Shown: positions 18,300-29,035, numbered from the stretch's first letter. The stretch is 42,084 bases of DNA from an uncultured Patescibacteria group bacterium (GCA_937921305.1 CAKZSU010000006.1:136646-178729), one strand, 5' to 3'. Numbers and translations: made by a program. Notes: a model not told the origin generated them from the sequence alone.

Positions 18300-18816
18300 A
18301 GAGTTTTATAAGCAGTGTAACATTCATATCTCCTTGAATTCCATTGAAATCCCCCATAGACAATGTCATCAATCTTGTCATATATGGAAGTTGCTCTAAT
18401 TCTTGAAGAAATGAGATAAGAGAATCTTTATTGGTAGTCAGCGTCACACGAAAGAGTAAAAATAACTTATCGCCTTCTTGTTGCGGCGACGAAGAAAAAA
18501 AACGAGCGGACACATTGCTTCCATGCTTTTTTGCGACATCTTGTAGTGTTTCCAAAAAAACCAATACATCTTCTTCCGAAGGAAACACAGCAAGTAAATC
18601 TTCTATATTATCTTTATAGGTAGCATAAATTTCCTCTGAAGAATTGATAATCGATTGATCTTGTTCAAGTTGCTTCTTTTGTTGTTGGAGCAAACGAATA
18701 ACATTCACTTGAGTTCGCAACACATAGAACAATCCAACATTGATCAACGCTATTCCTAAAAGGATCACGATAAGTCGCTCCAACGATGAATCAAGAAATA
18801 AAGATTTTTTTTTCAT
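18274..18816 (-). CDS. pilO: PilO-like pilus alignment protein
   Basis: TM, coiled coil, FLETLQDVA...LISFLQELEQLPY. Follows PilMN with a 1-nt gap. Confidence 0.7.
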   Translation of the reverse strand: MKKKSLFLDSSLERLIVILLGIALINVGLFYVLRTQVNVIRLLQQQKKQLEQDQSIINSSEEIYATYKDNIEDLLAVFPSEEDVLVFLETLQDVAKKHGSNVSARFFSSSPQQEGDKLFLLFRVTLTTNKDSLISFLQELEQLPYMTRLMTLSMGDFNGIQGDMNVTLLIKLYVKNPFTS

Positions 18817-18817
18817 A

Positions 18818-20233
18818 CTATTCTTTCATCGTTACGGTAACAGAAAAAGAGATATCTGTCGAAGCTTCTAAGAGTGAGAGAGGAAAAGAAATTTTTGTAA
18901 ATTCGTTTGCGTTGTCAACATTCGACTTAAACTCCAATAACGCGTCTCTCGTTTTTGCGACGCCAGAAAGCGCAAACGATCGCTTGCTATCATCATAATC
19001 TATTTGCATTAGAGTTACATCTTTCGGAATTAAAGAAATAATCCTGTCAATTTTTTCTCGAGGAGTTTTTCTCATTGGGGCCAACGCAATGATTTGCTTC
19101 GCAATACTATTGATTTTTAACAAATTTTGAGAAGATTGCTGACTCGTCTCAACAATAAATGTTAATTGTTTTATCTCTCTTTCCAACTCTTGCTTTTGAA
19201 CAAGCAAAATAAGCAATACAAGAAGGACAAACACGCAATAGGATGCGGAAATAGAAATAGAACGAAATAATAGAGATCGATAGTACTGAATCTTTCGTTC
19301 TTTTTCATGAGATTCCTGCATCATGGGAGGGAGAAGATTGATAATGCTCTCTTGAGAAACATTGTGAATTTTCATTGAAGCGACTGCGTACGCCTTGTTG
19401 AATCGAGGATTTTTTATTGGCGTTGAAAGCGATTTCACAGAAAATGGCATTCCTTGAAACACCTGTGAATTTCCAAATTCCCCTGTCAACACAATATCCA
19501 ACACTTCCTCTGTAATAACACCCTTTTCTCTATAATACGAAACAATTTCTTGTATTGTTTGTTTTATATTTTGAATATATACCTCTGTAGTATCTCCTTT
19601 TGATACATGAATAATGGTAGTAAATAAAGACTGATCTCCTTCAACAAGCGTCACATACGCAAGAGTTCTTCCAATTTCCACAAGAATCGCTCGCTTATCT
19701 TTGGAAAGACCCAATAAATGACAAATTGTTGACGCATCTGGCTGAAGATTTAATGGTTTTAATCCCACAGACAATAACACGTTCACGATAGGATCTATTG
19801 TCTTTTTTTGAGAAGCGACGACGCTTACCACATATCTATCATTATTTTTTCGAAGAATTTTCCAATCAATATATATGTCATCCTGTGGGAATGGGAAGAG
19901 CTCTTTGCTTCGCCATATAATCGCCTCTGACAATTCTTCCGAAGAAAGGATCGGAAGTTCGATTTCTCGTGTATAGGCAAACACTTCAGGAAAAGTAACC
20001 ACAACATATGGCGTGATAAATTTCCCATCTGTTCGAAGTTTTTTTACTCCTTCTTGAAATACATCAGCTTTGGTTAATATTCCTTGACAAAATAATTCTT
20101 CTGGAAATATGACCTCTGCGGCGCATATTACTTCTCCTTTTTGATTAATCTGTGTACCATGAAGGGAAGTTTGATCTATAGAGAGTCCAAAAAAATCTCG
20201 TTTCGGAAGAATAATGTTAGGCAGGGATATCAT
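18818..20233 (-). CDS. Fused PilM (actin-like) - PilN protein
   Basis: FFGLSIDQTSL, FPFPQDDIYIDW and ILVEIGRT (PilM), then INLLP, a TM helix, a coiled coil and FALSGVAKTRDALLEF (PilN). Confidence 0.75.
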   Translation of the reverse strand: MISLPNIILPKRDFFGLSIDQTSLHGTQINQKGEVICAAEVIFPEELFCQGILTKADVFQEGVKKLRTDGKFITPYVVVTFPEVFAYTREIELPILSSEELSEAIIWRSKELFPFPQDDIYIDWKILRKNNDRYVVSVVASQKKTIDPIVNVLLSVGLKPLNLQPDASTICHLLGLSKDKRAILVEIGRTLAYVTLVEGDQSLFTTIIHVSKGDTTEVYIQNIKQTIQEIVSYYREKGVITEEVLDIVLTGEFGNSQVFQGMPFSVKSLSTPIKNPRFNKAYAVASMKIHNVSQESIINLLPPMMQESHEKERKIQYYRSLLFRSISISASYCVFVLLVLLILLVQKQELEREIKQLTFIVETSQQSSQNLLKINSIAKQIIALAPMRKTPREKIDRIISLIPKDVTLMQIDYDDSKRSFALSGVAKTRDALLEFKSNVDNANEFTKISFPLSLLEASTDISFSVTVTMKE

Positions 20234-20278
20234 ATGTGATACATATTTATTGTAGCATGCGATATTATAAAAAGAGCC

Positions 20279-21592
20279 ATGAATAAAGGATTGACATTAA
20301 TCGAAACAGTGGTTGCAGTTGGTGTGCTCATCGTTTTTTTTGCTCTTGTCTTCTTTCTTCTCTATCAAATTCTTAATAATATTGGCTACGCGCAAATTCG
20401 ATCCGTCGGATTATCAATCGGACAAACACAGATAGAACTTATCCGCAATCTTCCGTACAACAGTGTTGGAACCATCGGAGGCATTCCTCCTGGTCCAATT
20501 CCTCAACAAGAACAAATCACAAGAAATACTCAAACATTTACCGTAAAAACCGATATTATTTATATTGACGATCCGTTCGATAATACCGCGCCAAACGATC
20601 CTATTCCATCAGATTATAAACGCGTTCGTGTGCAAGTGTCTTGGGGCGAAGCATATCCGTCTCGCATGCCCGTCACATTTGTCACAAATATTGCTCCAAA
20701 TGGCATAGAATCAAACCCGGGAGGAGGAACATTGTTTGTCCAAGTTATAAACGCGCAAGGAAATCCCGTGCCAAACGCGACTGTCCAATTTATGAATACT
20801 TCGGTCAATCCAGCAATCAATTACAACACATTAACAAATATGAATGGCAATGTTGTTCTCCCTGGCGCTCCCTCATGCGTTACATGTTATAAAATCACGA
20901 CGACGAAAGACGGATACTCAACAGACCGGACATATGGCACAGAAGAAGTCGCAAATCCTATTCTTCCACACGCGACAGTTATTGAAGGACAAGTAACCCA
21001 ATTAACATTTGCGATAGATCAAGTGGGAAGCATTCAAGTCAGATCATTTGGATCGCAAGCGAATGGGTATCCTCCTGTAGCAAATGTTCTTTTTACATTG
21101 AGAGGAAGCAAAATAATAGGGACAGATACAACTGATACTCCTGTCTATAAGTATAGCTATCGAACAAATACAGGCGGAGGAATGGTGAGCATCCCAAACC
21201 TTGAATGGGACAACTATACCATTGATTTATCAGATTCTCACTATACTCTTGCAGGATCAACACCAACCAATCCGATCACTCTCTCGCCCGGACAAAATAG
21301 GACTGTCGATATCGTCGTTGAACCAAAATATAACGCGTCGCTTTTGATTACATTAAAAGATCAAATGGGCAATCTTATCGGATCGGGATCAGCAAATATA
21401 AAAAATTCGATCAACACGATTGATAGTACGAAATTCACTCCTGCAAGCGGATCGCCTGACTACGGGCAACTGTTTTTTAATAATCTTCCCGTCGGACTCT
21501 ATTACCTTATTGCAAGCGCAACAGGGTATCAATCGGCGACAAGTTCTATGAATATTACGACCAACACGGAAACAACGCTTATTTTACAATGA
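20279..21592 (+). CDS. Minor pilin with C-terminal carboxypeptidase-regulatory-like / Ig-like repeats
   Basis: KG|LTLIETVVAV, DYKRVRVQVSW, GTLFVQVINAQGNPVPNATV. Confidence 0.8.
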   Translation: MNKGLTLIETVVAVGVLIVFFALVFFLLYQILNNIGYAQIRSVGLSIGQTQIELIRNLPYNSVGTIGGIPPGPIPQQEQITRNTQTFTVKTDIIYIDDPFDNTAPNDPIPSDYKRVRVQVSWGEAYPSRMPVTFVTNIAPNGIESNPGGGTLFVQVINAQGNPVPNATVQFMNTSVNPAINYNTLTNMNGNVVLPGAPSCVTCYKITTTKDGYSTDRTYGTEEVANPILPHATVIEGQVTQLTFAIDQVGSIQVRSFGSQANGYPPVANVLFTLRGSKIIGTDTTDTPVYKYSYRTNTGGGMVSIPNLEWDNYTIDLSDSHYTLAGSTPTNPITLSPGQNRTVDIVVEPKYNASLLITLKDQMGNLIGSGSANIKNSINTIDSTKFTPASGSPDYGQLFFNNLPVGLYYLIASATGYQSATSSMNITTNTETTLILQ

Positions 21593-21596
21593 TACT

Positions 21597-22196
21597 ATGA
21601 GAGGATTTACCCTCCTTGAATTTATTCTTGCCATCTTTCTTTTTTCAAGCATCGTTGGATTTGTTTCCTTCTTTTTTATTTCATATCTTCAAACCTACTC
21701 TTTCTCTTTTGAACATCAACGAATTATCAATGAAGCGCAAGGAGGAATGACACAGATGATTCGAGAAATACGAAAAATCAGAAATGGAGACAATGGATCA
21801 TGGCCGATTATTCAAGCGGACGATTTCTCATTTGCATTTTATGCAGATGTCACGAATGATGGACGAACCGATAGAGTCAGATATTTTCTTGATGGAACAG
21901 AACTTAAACGAGGAGTCATTGAACCAACTGCAGTGCCTGTTTCCTACCCTCTTCAGAATGAAACAATTACCACAATTGCTCGATTTGTTCACGCAACATC
22001 ATCAGCAATATTTCGCTATTACAACGGCGATTGGCCGGGAGACACGATCAATAATCCCCTTTCTCCTTCTCAGCGAGTCCTCAATACGCGATTTGTGGAA
22101 GTTACGCTCACGATTTATCCACCTAGTCAATCTGTCACAAAACCATTTACGCTTTCAAGCGGCGTCACAATACGAAGCATGAAAACGAATTTATAA
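21597..22196 (+). CDS. Minor pilin (PilW-like)
   Basis: RG|FTLLEFILA, MIREIR, RVRYFLDGTELKRG. Confidence 0.82.
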   Translation: MRGFTLLEFILAIFLFSSIVGFVSFFFISYLQTYSFSFEHQRIINEAQGGMTQMIREIRKIRNGDNGSWPIIQADDFSFAFYADVTNDGRTDRVRYFLDGTELKRGVIEPTAVPVSYPLQNETITTIARFVHATSSAIFRYYNGDWPGDTINNPLSPSQRVLNTRFVEVTLTIYPPSQSVTKPFTLSSGVTIRSMKTNL

Positions 22197-22206
22197 CAAT
22201 CAACAT

Positions 22207-23595
22207 ATGAGGAAATATCATAAAAAAATCTCAGAGGGAAGCATCTCAATACTTGTCCTCCTCTTCGGATTTATCGCGTCAATCGTTGTCGGAAGTCTCG
22301 CAGTTATCGCGAGCGTTCAATATAACAATTCAATACGGCTTGATGTGTACGAACGAGCGCTTAATATCGCACAATCCGGCGTTGAATATTACCGGTGGCA
22401 TCTTGCTCATGATCCTGTCGATTTTACCGATGGCACAGGAGGACCGGGACCGTATATCCATCAATTGCGAGATCCGTACGGAAATACCGAAGGAACATTT
22501 AGTTTGATGATTACGCCTCCAGCGTCCGGATCATCCATTGTTACCATCGAATCAACAGGATGGTTAAACAGCCATCCCGATATAAAAAGAAAAATTGTCG
22601 CGCGATACGGAATCCCATCTCTTGCAAGATTTTCATTTCTTCATAACGCCAATGTGTGGTTTGGCTCTGGAATCACCGTACAGGGAAAAGTTATGTCAAA
22701 TGGAGGTATTCGCATGGATGGAACGAACTTGTCAACAGTCACTAGTGCAAAAGCGACCTACACCTGCGGATCGGAAACTGGATGCAGTCCGCCCCAACAA
22801 CGAAACGGCATATGGGGAAACGGAGGACCGTCAAATCTCTGGCAATTTCCCGTACCTGCCATAGATTTTGCCAGTCTAAATGTCGATTTCAATACCATGA
22901 GAAGCAACGCGCAATCTCGAGGATTATATCTTGCTCCATCAAACGCGCTTGGTTACCAGATTATCTTTCAATCAAATGGAACTTACATTGTCCGACGAGT
23001 AACATCGGCAAACAATCAACGCGGGTATAGCGTAGAAAATGGATGCGAAAATCTTACACAACAAATAACCAATGAAACAACCATAGGAACATACACGATT
23101 GCGGAACGTCCCCTTATTTTTGCTGAAGACCATGTATGGGTAGAAGGAATCGTTAATGGAAAAGTGACAGTCGTCGCCGCACGATTTCCACTAAATGTCA
23201 ATTTTATGAATATCTGGATCCGAAACAGCATTACCTATATCTCAAAAGACGGACACTCAAATCTTGGACTATTCGCGCAAAATAATATTTATTTCGCAAA
23301 AGATGTGCCAAACAATTTTGAAATCAACGCGGCGCTTCTCGCGTCATCAGGAAGAATTATTCGACATAATTATAGATACAGCGGGTGCAGCAATTTTAGC
23401 AACGCAGTGAGAAATAGTCTAACTATTTACGGAGCCGTTATTAGCAATCAGAAATCTTACTGGAATTTTGGCACAGGTCCAACATCGGGATTCATCACCA
23501 GAAGCATCACGTATGATTCAAATCTTTACTTTGATCCTCCTCCATATTTTCCCGCCCAAGGAGCCTATGAATTCATCTCGTGGACAGAACAGTAA
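22207..23595 (+). CDS. PilX-like minor pilin with a large beta-rich C-terminal domain
   Basis: EG|SISILVLL (no Glu5, as in PilX/GspK), ALNIAQSGVEY, C-terminal YDSNLYFDPPPYFP. Confidence 0.78.
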   Translation: MRKYHKKISEGSISILVLLFGFIASIVVGSLAVIASVQYNNSIRLDVYERALNIAQSGVEYYRWHLAHDPVDFTDGTGGPGPYIHQLRDPYGNTEGTFSLMITPPASGSSIVTIESTGWLNSHPDIKRKIVARYGIPSLARFSFLHNANVWFGSGITVQGKVMSNGGIRMDGTNLSTVTSAKATYTCGSETGCSPPQQRNGIWGNGGPSNLWQFPVPAIDFASLNVDFNTMRSNAQSRGLYLAPSNALGYQIIFQSNGTYIVRRVTSANNQRGYSVENGCENLTQQITNETTIGTYTIAERPLIFAEDHVWVEGIVNGKVTVVAARFPLNVNFMNIWIRNSITYISKDGHSNLGLFAQNNIYFAKDVPNNFEINAALLASSGRIIRHNYRYSGCSNFSNAVRNSLTIYGAVISNQKSYWNFGTGPTSGFITRSITYDSNLYFDPPPYFPAQGAYEFISWTEQ

Positions 23596-23605
23596 TGCTT
23601 AAATC

Positions 23606-24820
23606 TTATCTCTTTCCTTGCATAGATTCTTGAAAATTCCCAACAACGCTGTATATTGGCGCGATGATTGAAAGAATCATTATTCCAACGGCAATACCAA
23701 CCAATAACATCATGATCGGTTCAATAATCTGCGTTAACCCTTTAACTTCTTCTTCAACTTCTTCTTCATAAAATGACGCAAGATCCGCCATTGTTTCATC
23801 AAGTGTCGCCGTCTTCTCTCCAGCGGCAACCATCTGAACAAACAACGAGGAAAACACTCCGGTTTCTTTGATCGCTGTTGACAAAGACTTTCCTTTTCGT
23901 ATTTCACTCGGAATCCGTTCACGCATAGAACGATATTGTTTCCATGTCAAAAGAGAAAATGATATCTCCAACGCTTCTGTAATCGGAACGGCACTTCGAA
24001 TAAGCGTGGAGAAAATTCGACAGAATCTTGCCAAATCAATTTTCTTAATTAAATTTCTTATGATCGGAATGTATCCTAAAAGTTTAATTATTCCATCTCG
24101 AAACGATCGCGTCTTCATTCCAAAAAAGAGCAATATAAGAAAGCCAATCGCTCCTAATACAATTGGAAACATGTACGAAGAAAGCGCAATCGACGCGGTA
24201 AACATCATTTTCGTAAAAAATGGAAGCGGAAGCGACAAGCTCAAAAATACTTTTCCTATTTGGGGCAGGATAAAGAAAAACATCAAAATTCCTATGCCAA
24301 TCATTGCAAGAAACACAATAGCAGGATACAACATTGCTCCTTTAATTTTTGATTTCAAACTGTGTTCAGATCGAAGCTCCACTTCTAAATAATGAAAGAC
24401 TTCCGAAAGTTTTCCGCTTACCTCTCCCGCTTTCATGAGCGTCAAAAAATACGCTTCAAAGACAGAAGGATATCGCTCAAAAATTACTGACAATGGTTGC
24501 CCCTGCTCTAATCCATATTCCATGTCGCTAAGAATTCTTTTCATGAGGGGATGTTTGGTCTCTCTTTTTAAGACATCTATTCCTTCAGAAAGAGAAAGAC
24601 CAGTCGAAAGCATAATGTGCATGTATCGACAGAAGGTAATCTTTTCTACTTCAGGAATGCTTCCGCCAATGAATGACCGCTCAACAATAGGCTTAATGAC
24701 CAACGGCGTAAGCATTTTGCCAGATAATTGATGCGCAACATCGTCTATGTTCTTTCCGGAGACAATGCCTTCAACAATATGTTTTTCTTTATCAATAGCT
24801 TTATAAGTGAAATTTGGCAT
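23606..24820 (-). CDS. pilC: Type IV pilus platform protein PilC / GspF
   Basis: AGEVSGKL, AMLYPAIV, ARFCRIFSTL, MVAAGEKTATL, IEPIMM. Confidence 0.92.
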   Translation of the reverse strand: MPNFTYKAIDKEKHIVEGIVSGKNIDDVAHQLSGKMLTPLVIKPIVERSFIGGSIPEVEKITFCRYMHIMLSTGLSLSEGIDVLKRETKHPLMKRILSDMEYGLEQGQPLSVIFERYPSVFEAYFLTLMKAGEVSGKLSEVFHYLEVELRSEHSLKSKIKGAMLYPAIVFLAMIGIGILMFFFILPQIGKVFLSLSLPLPFFTKMMFTASIALSSYMFPIVLGAIGFLILLFFGMKTRSFRDGIIKLLGYIPIIRNLIKKIDLARFCRIFSTLIRSAVPITEALEISFSLLTWKQYRSMRERIPSEIRKGKSLSTAIKETGVFSSLFVQMVAAGEKTATLDETMADLASFYEEEVEEEVKGLTQIIEPIMMLLVGIAVGIMILSIIAPIYSVVGNFQESMQGKR

Positions 24821-24831
24821 AGGCAAGATTG

Positions 24832-26505
24832 TTATTCACGGACAACACGAAGTACTTCCTCGATGCTTGTTAAGCCACTACTTGCTTTGCTTATGCCATC
24901 TTGCAATAACGAAACCATACCATATTGTTTTGCTAATTCGAGAATCTGCATTGTCGATTCTCGTTTTGCGATAAGATTCCGCATATCATCGGTAATTTCT
25001 ATAATCTCAAAAATTCCAATTCTTCCCTTGTACCCACGCATGCCACAATCTTCGCATCCGACGCTTTTATAAAATGAACGAGGAATATCTTGGTTTCCTA
25101 CGGATTCACGAAGAAACGAAAGCATGTCATCGGACAATTCAACGCGTTGAATGCACCGAGGGCACAACCGACGAACCAACCGTTGAGCAATCACCATCGT
25201 AAGTGTTGACGAAAGAAGAAATCCCTCCACGCCCATATCTAAAAAACGCGGAATAGCGCCTATCGCGTCATTTGTATGCAAAGTGGATAAAACCAAATGT
25301 CCGGTAAGCGAAGAATGAATTGCCATTTCTGCTGTTTCTTGATCGCGAATTTCCCCCACCATAATGACATCCGGATCGTGACGAAGAAGCGCCCGAAGAC
25401 CAGCGGCAAAAGTAAGTCCAGCTAATGGATTAATCTGAATCTGATTCACGCGCTTTATGCCATATTCCACCGGGTCTTCCACTGTGCATATTTTTACATC
25501 TGCCTTATTTAACATGGTTAAAATACTATAAAGCGTTGTCGTTTTTCCCGATCCTGTTGGTCCAGTCACAAGAATCAACCCATGCGGCTTCGTGATATTT
25601 CGTTTTACTATAGAAAGATTATTTTCTGTAAGTCCAAGTTCTTCAAATGATAACGGACGAGCAGATTCCGCAAGCAATCGAAGCACGACATTTTCCCCAT
25701 AAAACGCGGGCAGAATAGAAACACGAAGCGCAACATATTGCTCTTTCAATTTAAACTTGAATCGTCCATCTTGAGGAACTCGATGTTCATCGATTTTCAA
25801 AAATGAAAGAATTTTTATGCGAGCGACAATCCCAGCATGAATGTTCTTTGGCAAAGAAACAATATCATGAAGCATCCCGTCAATTCTAAATCGAACTAAA
25901 AATGCGTCTTCCAACAGTTCAAAATGAATATCTGACGCTCCTTCGGAAACCGCGTATTCAAGAATCGTATCGAGAATTCGAACAACAGGAAGATCTTTGC
26001 CAGAAGAAATTTCTCCTTGAATCGTTTTGCTTGCTTGAATATTTTCGTTAATAATAGATTGAAACACTTCTTTTATATTTTTTTTATATTGTCCGATCGC
26101 TTTCAAAATATCTTGCTTTCTTGCGTAATACACCCGCAATTGATATCCTGTCTTTCTTTTTACAAACTCTTTTGCCTCTAAATCCGATGGGTCTTCCATG
26201 GCAAGAGACAATTCCTCTCCTTCCAACGCAAAGGGAACAATATGAAAAGAAGATGCCGCTTCTTCCGGAATAACATTCAAAACACTGAGAGGAATCACTT
26301 TTCGAGATATATCAATGTACGGAACATGATAGAATTCAGCAATTAACCTTCCGATGATATCTTCTGTCAACAATCCTTGATATACCAATACATCTTGAAT
26401 ATCTTTGCCGAGCTCATGAGCAGACGATTCAGCGATCTCAAAATCTTTTTGAGAAACAAATCCAGAAGAGAGAATAATATCTCGAAACTGGGCAGCGGTA
26501 AACAT
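24832..26505 (-). CDS. pilB: Type IV pilus assembly ATPase PilB / GspE
   Basis: ASDIHFE, PQDGRF, GPTGSGKTTTLY, TVEDPVEY, LRHDPDVIMVGEIRD, GHLVLSTLHTN, and two CxxC zinc motifs. Confidence 0.95.
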   Translation of the reverse strand: MFTAAQFRDIILSSGFVSQKDFEIAESSAHELGKDIQDVLVYQGLLTEDIIGRLIAEFYHVPYIDISRKVIPLSVLNVIPEEAASSFHIVPFALEGEELSLAMEDPSDLEAKEFVKRKTGYQLRVYYARKQDILKAIGQYKKNIKEVFQSIINENIQASKTIQGEISSGKDLPVVRILDTILEYAVSEGASDIHFELLEDAFLVRFRIDGMLHDIVSLPKNIHAGIVARIKILSFLKIDEHRVPQDGRFKFKLKEQYVALRVSILPAFYGENVVLRLLAESARPLSFEELGLTENNLSIVKRNITKPHGLILVTGPTGSGKTTTLYSILTMLNKADVKICTVEDPVEYGIKRVNQIQINPLAGLTFAAGLRALLRHDPDVIMVGEIRDQETAEMAIHSSLTGHLVLSTLHTNDAIGAIPRFLDMGVEGFLLSSTLTMVIAQRLVRRLCPRCIQRVELSDDMLSFLRESVGNQDIPRSFYKSVGCEDCGMRGYKGRIGIFEIIEITDDMRNLIAKRESTMQILELAKQYGMVSLLQDGISKASSGLTSIEEVLRVVRE

Positions 26506-26509
26506 GAGT

Positions 26510-26896
26510 TTATTGTATCGAAAGATACGATTTTATTTTATTCACTAATTCTGTTGGAGAAATATTCGCTTTTACGATGAATTCATTCGCGCCAAGTTCC
26601 AACGCCCTCTTCATTTCTGACTCTTGCGCGAGATTTGAGTATACAATAATCGGAACCTGCTTCAACACATCATGGCGCCGAAGAGTTTCAAGGACACTGA
26701 ACCCATCCATCTTTGGCATCATAATATCAAGCAGAATAAGATCGGGACGCTCTTGCTCAGCAATTCTAAGTCCTTCTTCTCCATTACCTGCGGACAATAC
26801 TTTAAACCCATCGGCGACAAGCCTGGTTGTATAAATCTTTACGATTAATGAATCATCTTCTATAAGAAGGATCTTTTTCATAAACATGTCTATCAT
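26510..26896 (-). CDS. Single-domain (CheY-like) response regulator
   Basis: ILLIEDD, PDLILLDIMMPKMDG, FIVK, with no output domain. The true start may be ATG 26887 or 26881. Confidence 0.92.
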   Translation of the reverse strand: MIDMFMKKILLIEDDSLIVKIYTTRLVADGFKVLSAGNGEEGLRIAEQERPDLILLDIMMPKMDGFSVLETLRRHDVLKQVPIIVYSNLAQESEMKRALELGANEFIVKANISPTELVNKIKSYLSIQ

Positions 26897-26902
26897 ACCA
26901 TA

Positions 26903-29035
26903 TTATGTCGCTATAGGAAGCGTGAAATAAAACGTTGAACCTTTTCCAATTTCAGATTCAAGCCAGATTTCACCCTCGAGTCCTTCAATGATTTTTTTAC
27001 AAATATATAACCCCAATCCTGTACCTCCTATTGTTTTTGTATAGTCGGTGCGAACTTGAGAATATTTTTTAAACAATAAATCAAAATGCTCTTTATGAAT
27101 TCCTGTTCCCGTGTCAGAAACTGATGTAACAACATATTTTCCATCAACGAAGCAACGAATCGTTACGCCTCCTTTTGATGTAAATTTAATAGCGTTCCCA
27201 ACAAGATTCACAAGAACTTCTCGAACTTTATCATCATCGCCAAACACGAGAGGAAGATTCTCTGAACTTTCAAAGTGAAGACGAAGATGTTTTTCATTTG
27301 CGCCAAACTCAAAATTTCTCAGAACATCAGCGATAAGAATATTTAAATTAATTCGAGAAATTGTAAAAGACAATGTGCCCGAATCTATCTTTGACGTGTT
27401 GAGTAGATTGTTGACGATACGAATTAACCGATCATTTTCATTGTACGCTGCGGTTAAAAAGTCTCTCGCTTCATCTGAAATCGACCCGGCATATCCTTCT
27501 AAAATTGTCGAAATAGATCCTTTTATCGCAGCCATGGGAGTTCGCAATTCATGTGCCGCAACAGATACGAACTCATCTTTTAATTTAATCAATTCCTGAA
27601 GCCTATTATTTGTTTCTTTCAATTCTTTTGTGGCTTTTTCTATCTCTCGTTGCAAATTTTCATTAAACTTTTTTATTGCCTCATACGATTGAGCGTTTCT
27701 AATAGCAACAGCGGCTTCATGAGAAACAATCTCAATCAACGCAATATCTTGGTTCATATAGCTTTCCCCAGATTGTTTAATTCCTAAAAATAAATATGCG
27801 ACACATTCGTCTCTTGTCTTGCATGGAGCAATAAGTCTTATACCATGTTGTCGCATATACTCTTTTGTGTCTGATTCTTCAAGCTCATCAAACAGAATCA
27901 ATGATTCTGTGTGCAAGCATTCACAATCTTCCTTTTTAAGAGAAGACATAAAATGTTTAGGGACAGCAAATATGCGAAAATAATGATTCTTTTCAGGGAT
28001 AACCAATGCTGATGAAGAAGGCTTAAGAACGGAAGAAAGTTCTTCAATTAATCGATGTGAGAGATCATCGAGGACAATTGTTGATGTGATGCTTTTTGTA
28101 ATATGAGCAATTGCGTCATCAATATCGTATGTATCTTTAAATAATAATCGGGCTGTTAATTTCTGAACTCTTTTTTTAATCCATTGAAATGATAAGGAAA
28201 TAAAAACAATGAAAGCGATAATCAACACTTGCTCTTCTGGACGAAGAGAAACCCCAAATAAGATTTTTCCAATCAAAACAACAACAAACGCATAAAATAA
28301 AGCAATCAATATAAGCATGAAGACATACGTAAAAGCTCGAAGAAGAAATATATGTAAATCGAGTAGTTTATGACGAACAATGGCATAACTGGTGAATCCG
28401 ACAAAGACAAGCGTGTATATCGGCAAAAGTCTGACAAAACTTGTAATATTTAAAAATATGACAAAAAACACATTCGTCAAAAGAATTGCAAAAAACATAA
28501 AAAACGCTCCCCAAAATACCGTCCATATTTGTTTTTTTTGTATTCCATTTGATCTGCGAAGTTTTCTTATAAGAACGAAAAACCCGCCTCCCAAAAAACA
28601 TATGGTATGAAGAAGAAACAACGGCATGCCATAACTAGGCGTTATTTGTATCTTCCCATCAATCACCTGAACAGATGAAAAAACACCATTCGTCAATATA
28701 AGAGGAAAAAGACAAATTGTGAATAAAAACAATAAAAATTTCCATGTAAATGGAATTACATCTCGAGCATTCGGAAATGTAATCATGAAAAGAGCAAAGA
28801 AAAAATTAATAAGAAGCGCGATGGTCATAACAATTTTTACCCAAAAAAATGCCATATTGTTATCAATTTGATTATTCGCGATTTCATTTGTTGCAATATA
28901 CAGTGCAACGCTCAACGAAAAATAAAAGAACATTCTATTTGTCGCGCTTCTCGGGTTTTTTATGAGGATGAAAACGCCAAGAATGCTATTTGCCAAAAAA
29001 GCGAGCACTACAATAAATGATACGATGATATCCAT
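26903..29035 (-). CDS. Sensor histidine kinase with N-terminal multi-TM (HisKA_7TM-like) sensor, GAF, HisKA and HATPase domains
   Basis: About 290-aa hydrophobic N-terminus ending YAIVRHKLLD, GAF region (LGIKQSGESYMNQDIALI), AAHELRTP, NLVGNAIKF, DTGTGI, GTGLGL, GKGSTFYF. Confidence 0.92.
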   Translation of the reverse strand: MDIIVSFIVVLAFLANSILGVFILIKNPRSATNRMFFYFSLSVALYIATNEIANNQIDNNMAFFWVKIVMTIALLINFFFALFMITFPNARDVIPFTWKFLLFLFTICLFPLILTNGVFSSVQVIDGKIQITPSYGMPLFLLHTICFLGGGFFVLIRKLRRSNGIQKKQIWTVFWGAFFMFFAILLTNVFFVIFLNITSFVRLLPIYTLVFVGFTSYAIVRHKLLDLHIFLLRAFTYVFMLILIALFYAFVVVLIGKILFGVSLRPEEQVLIIAFIVFISLSFQWIKKRVQKLTARLLFKDTYDIDDAIAHITKSITSTIVLDDLSHRLIEELSSVLKPSSSALVIPEKNHYFRIFAVPKHFMSSLKKEDCECLHTESLILFDELEESDTKEYMRQHGIRLIAPCKTRDECVAYLFLGIKQSGESYMNQDIALIEIVSHEAAVAIRNAQSYEAIKKFNENLQREIEKATKELKETNNRLQELIKLKDEFVSVAAHELRTPMAAIKGSISTILEGYAGSISDEARDFLTAAYNENDRLIRIVNNLLNTSKIDSGTLSFTISRINLNILIADVLRNFEFGANEKHLRLHFESSENLPLVFGDDDKVREVLVNLVGNAIKFTSKGGVTIRCFVDGKYVVTSVSDTGTGIHKEHFDLLFKKYSQVRTDYTKTIGGTGLGLYICKKIIEGLEGEIWLESEIGKGSTFYFTLPIAT

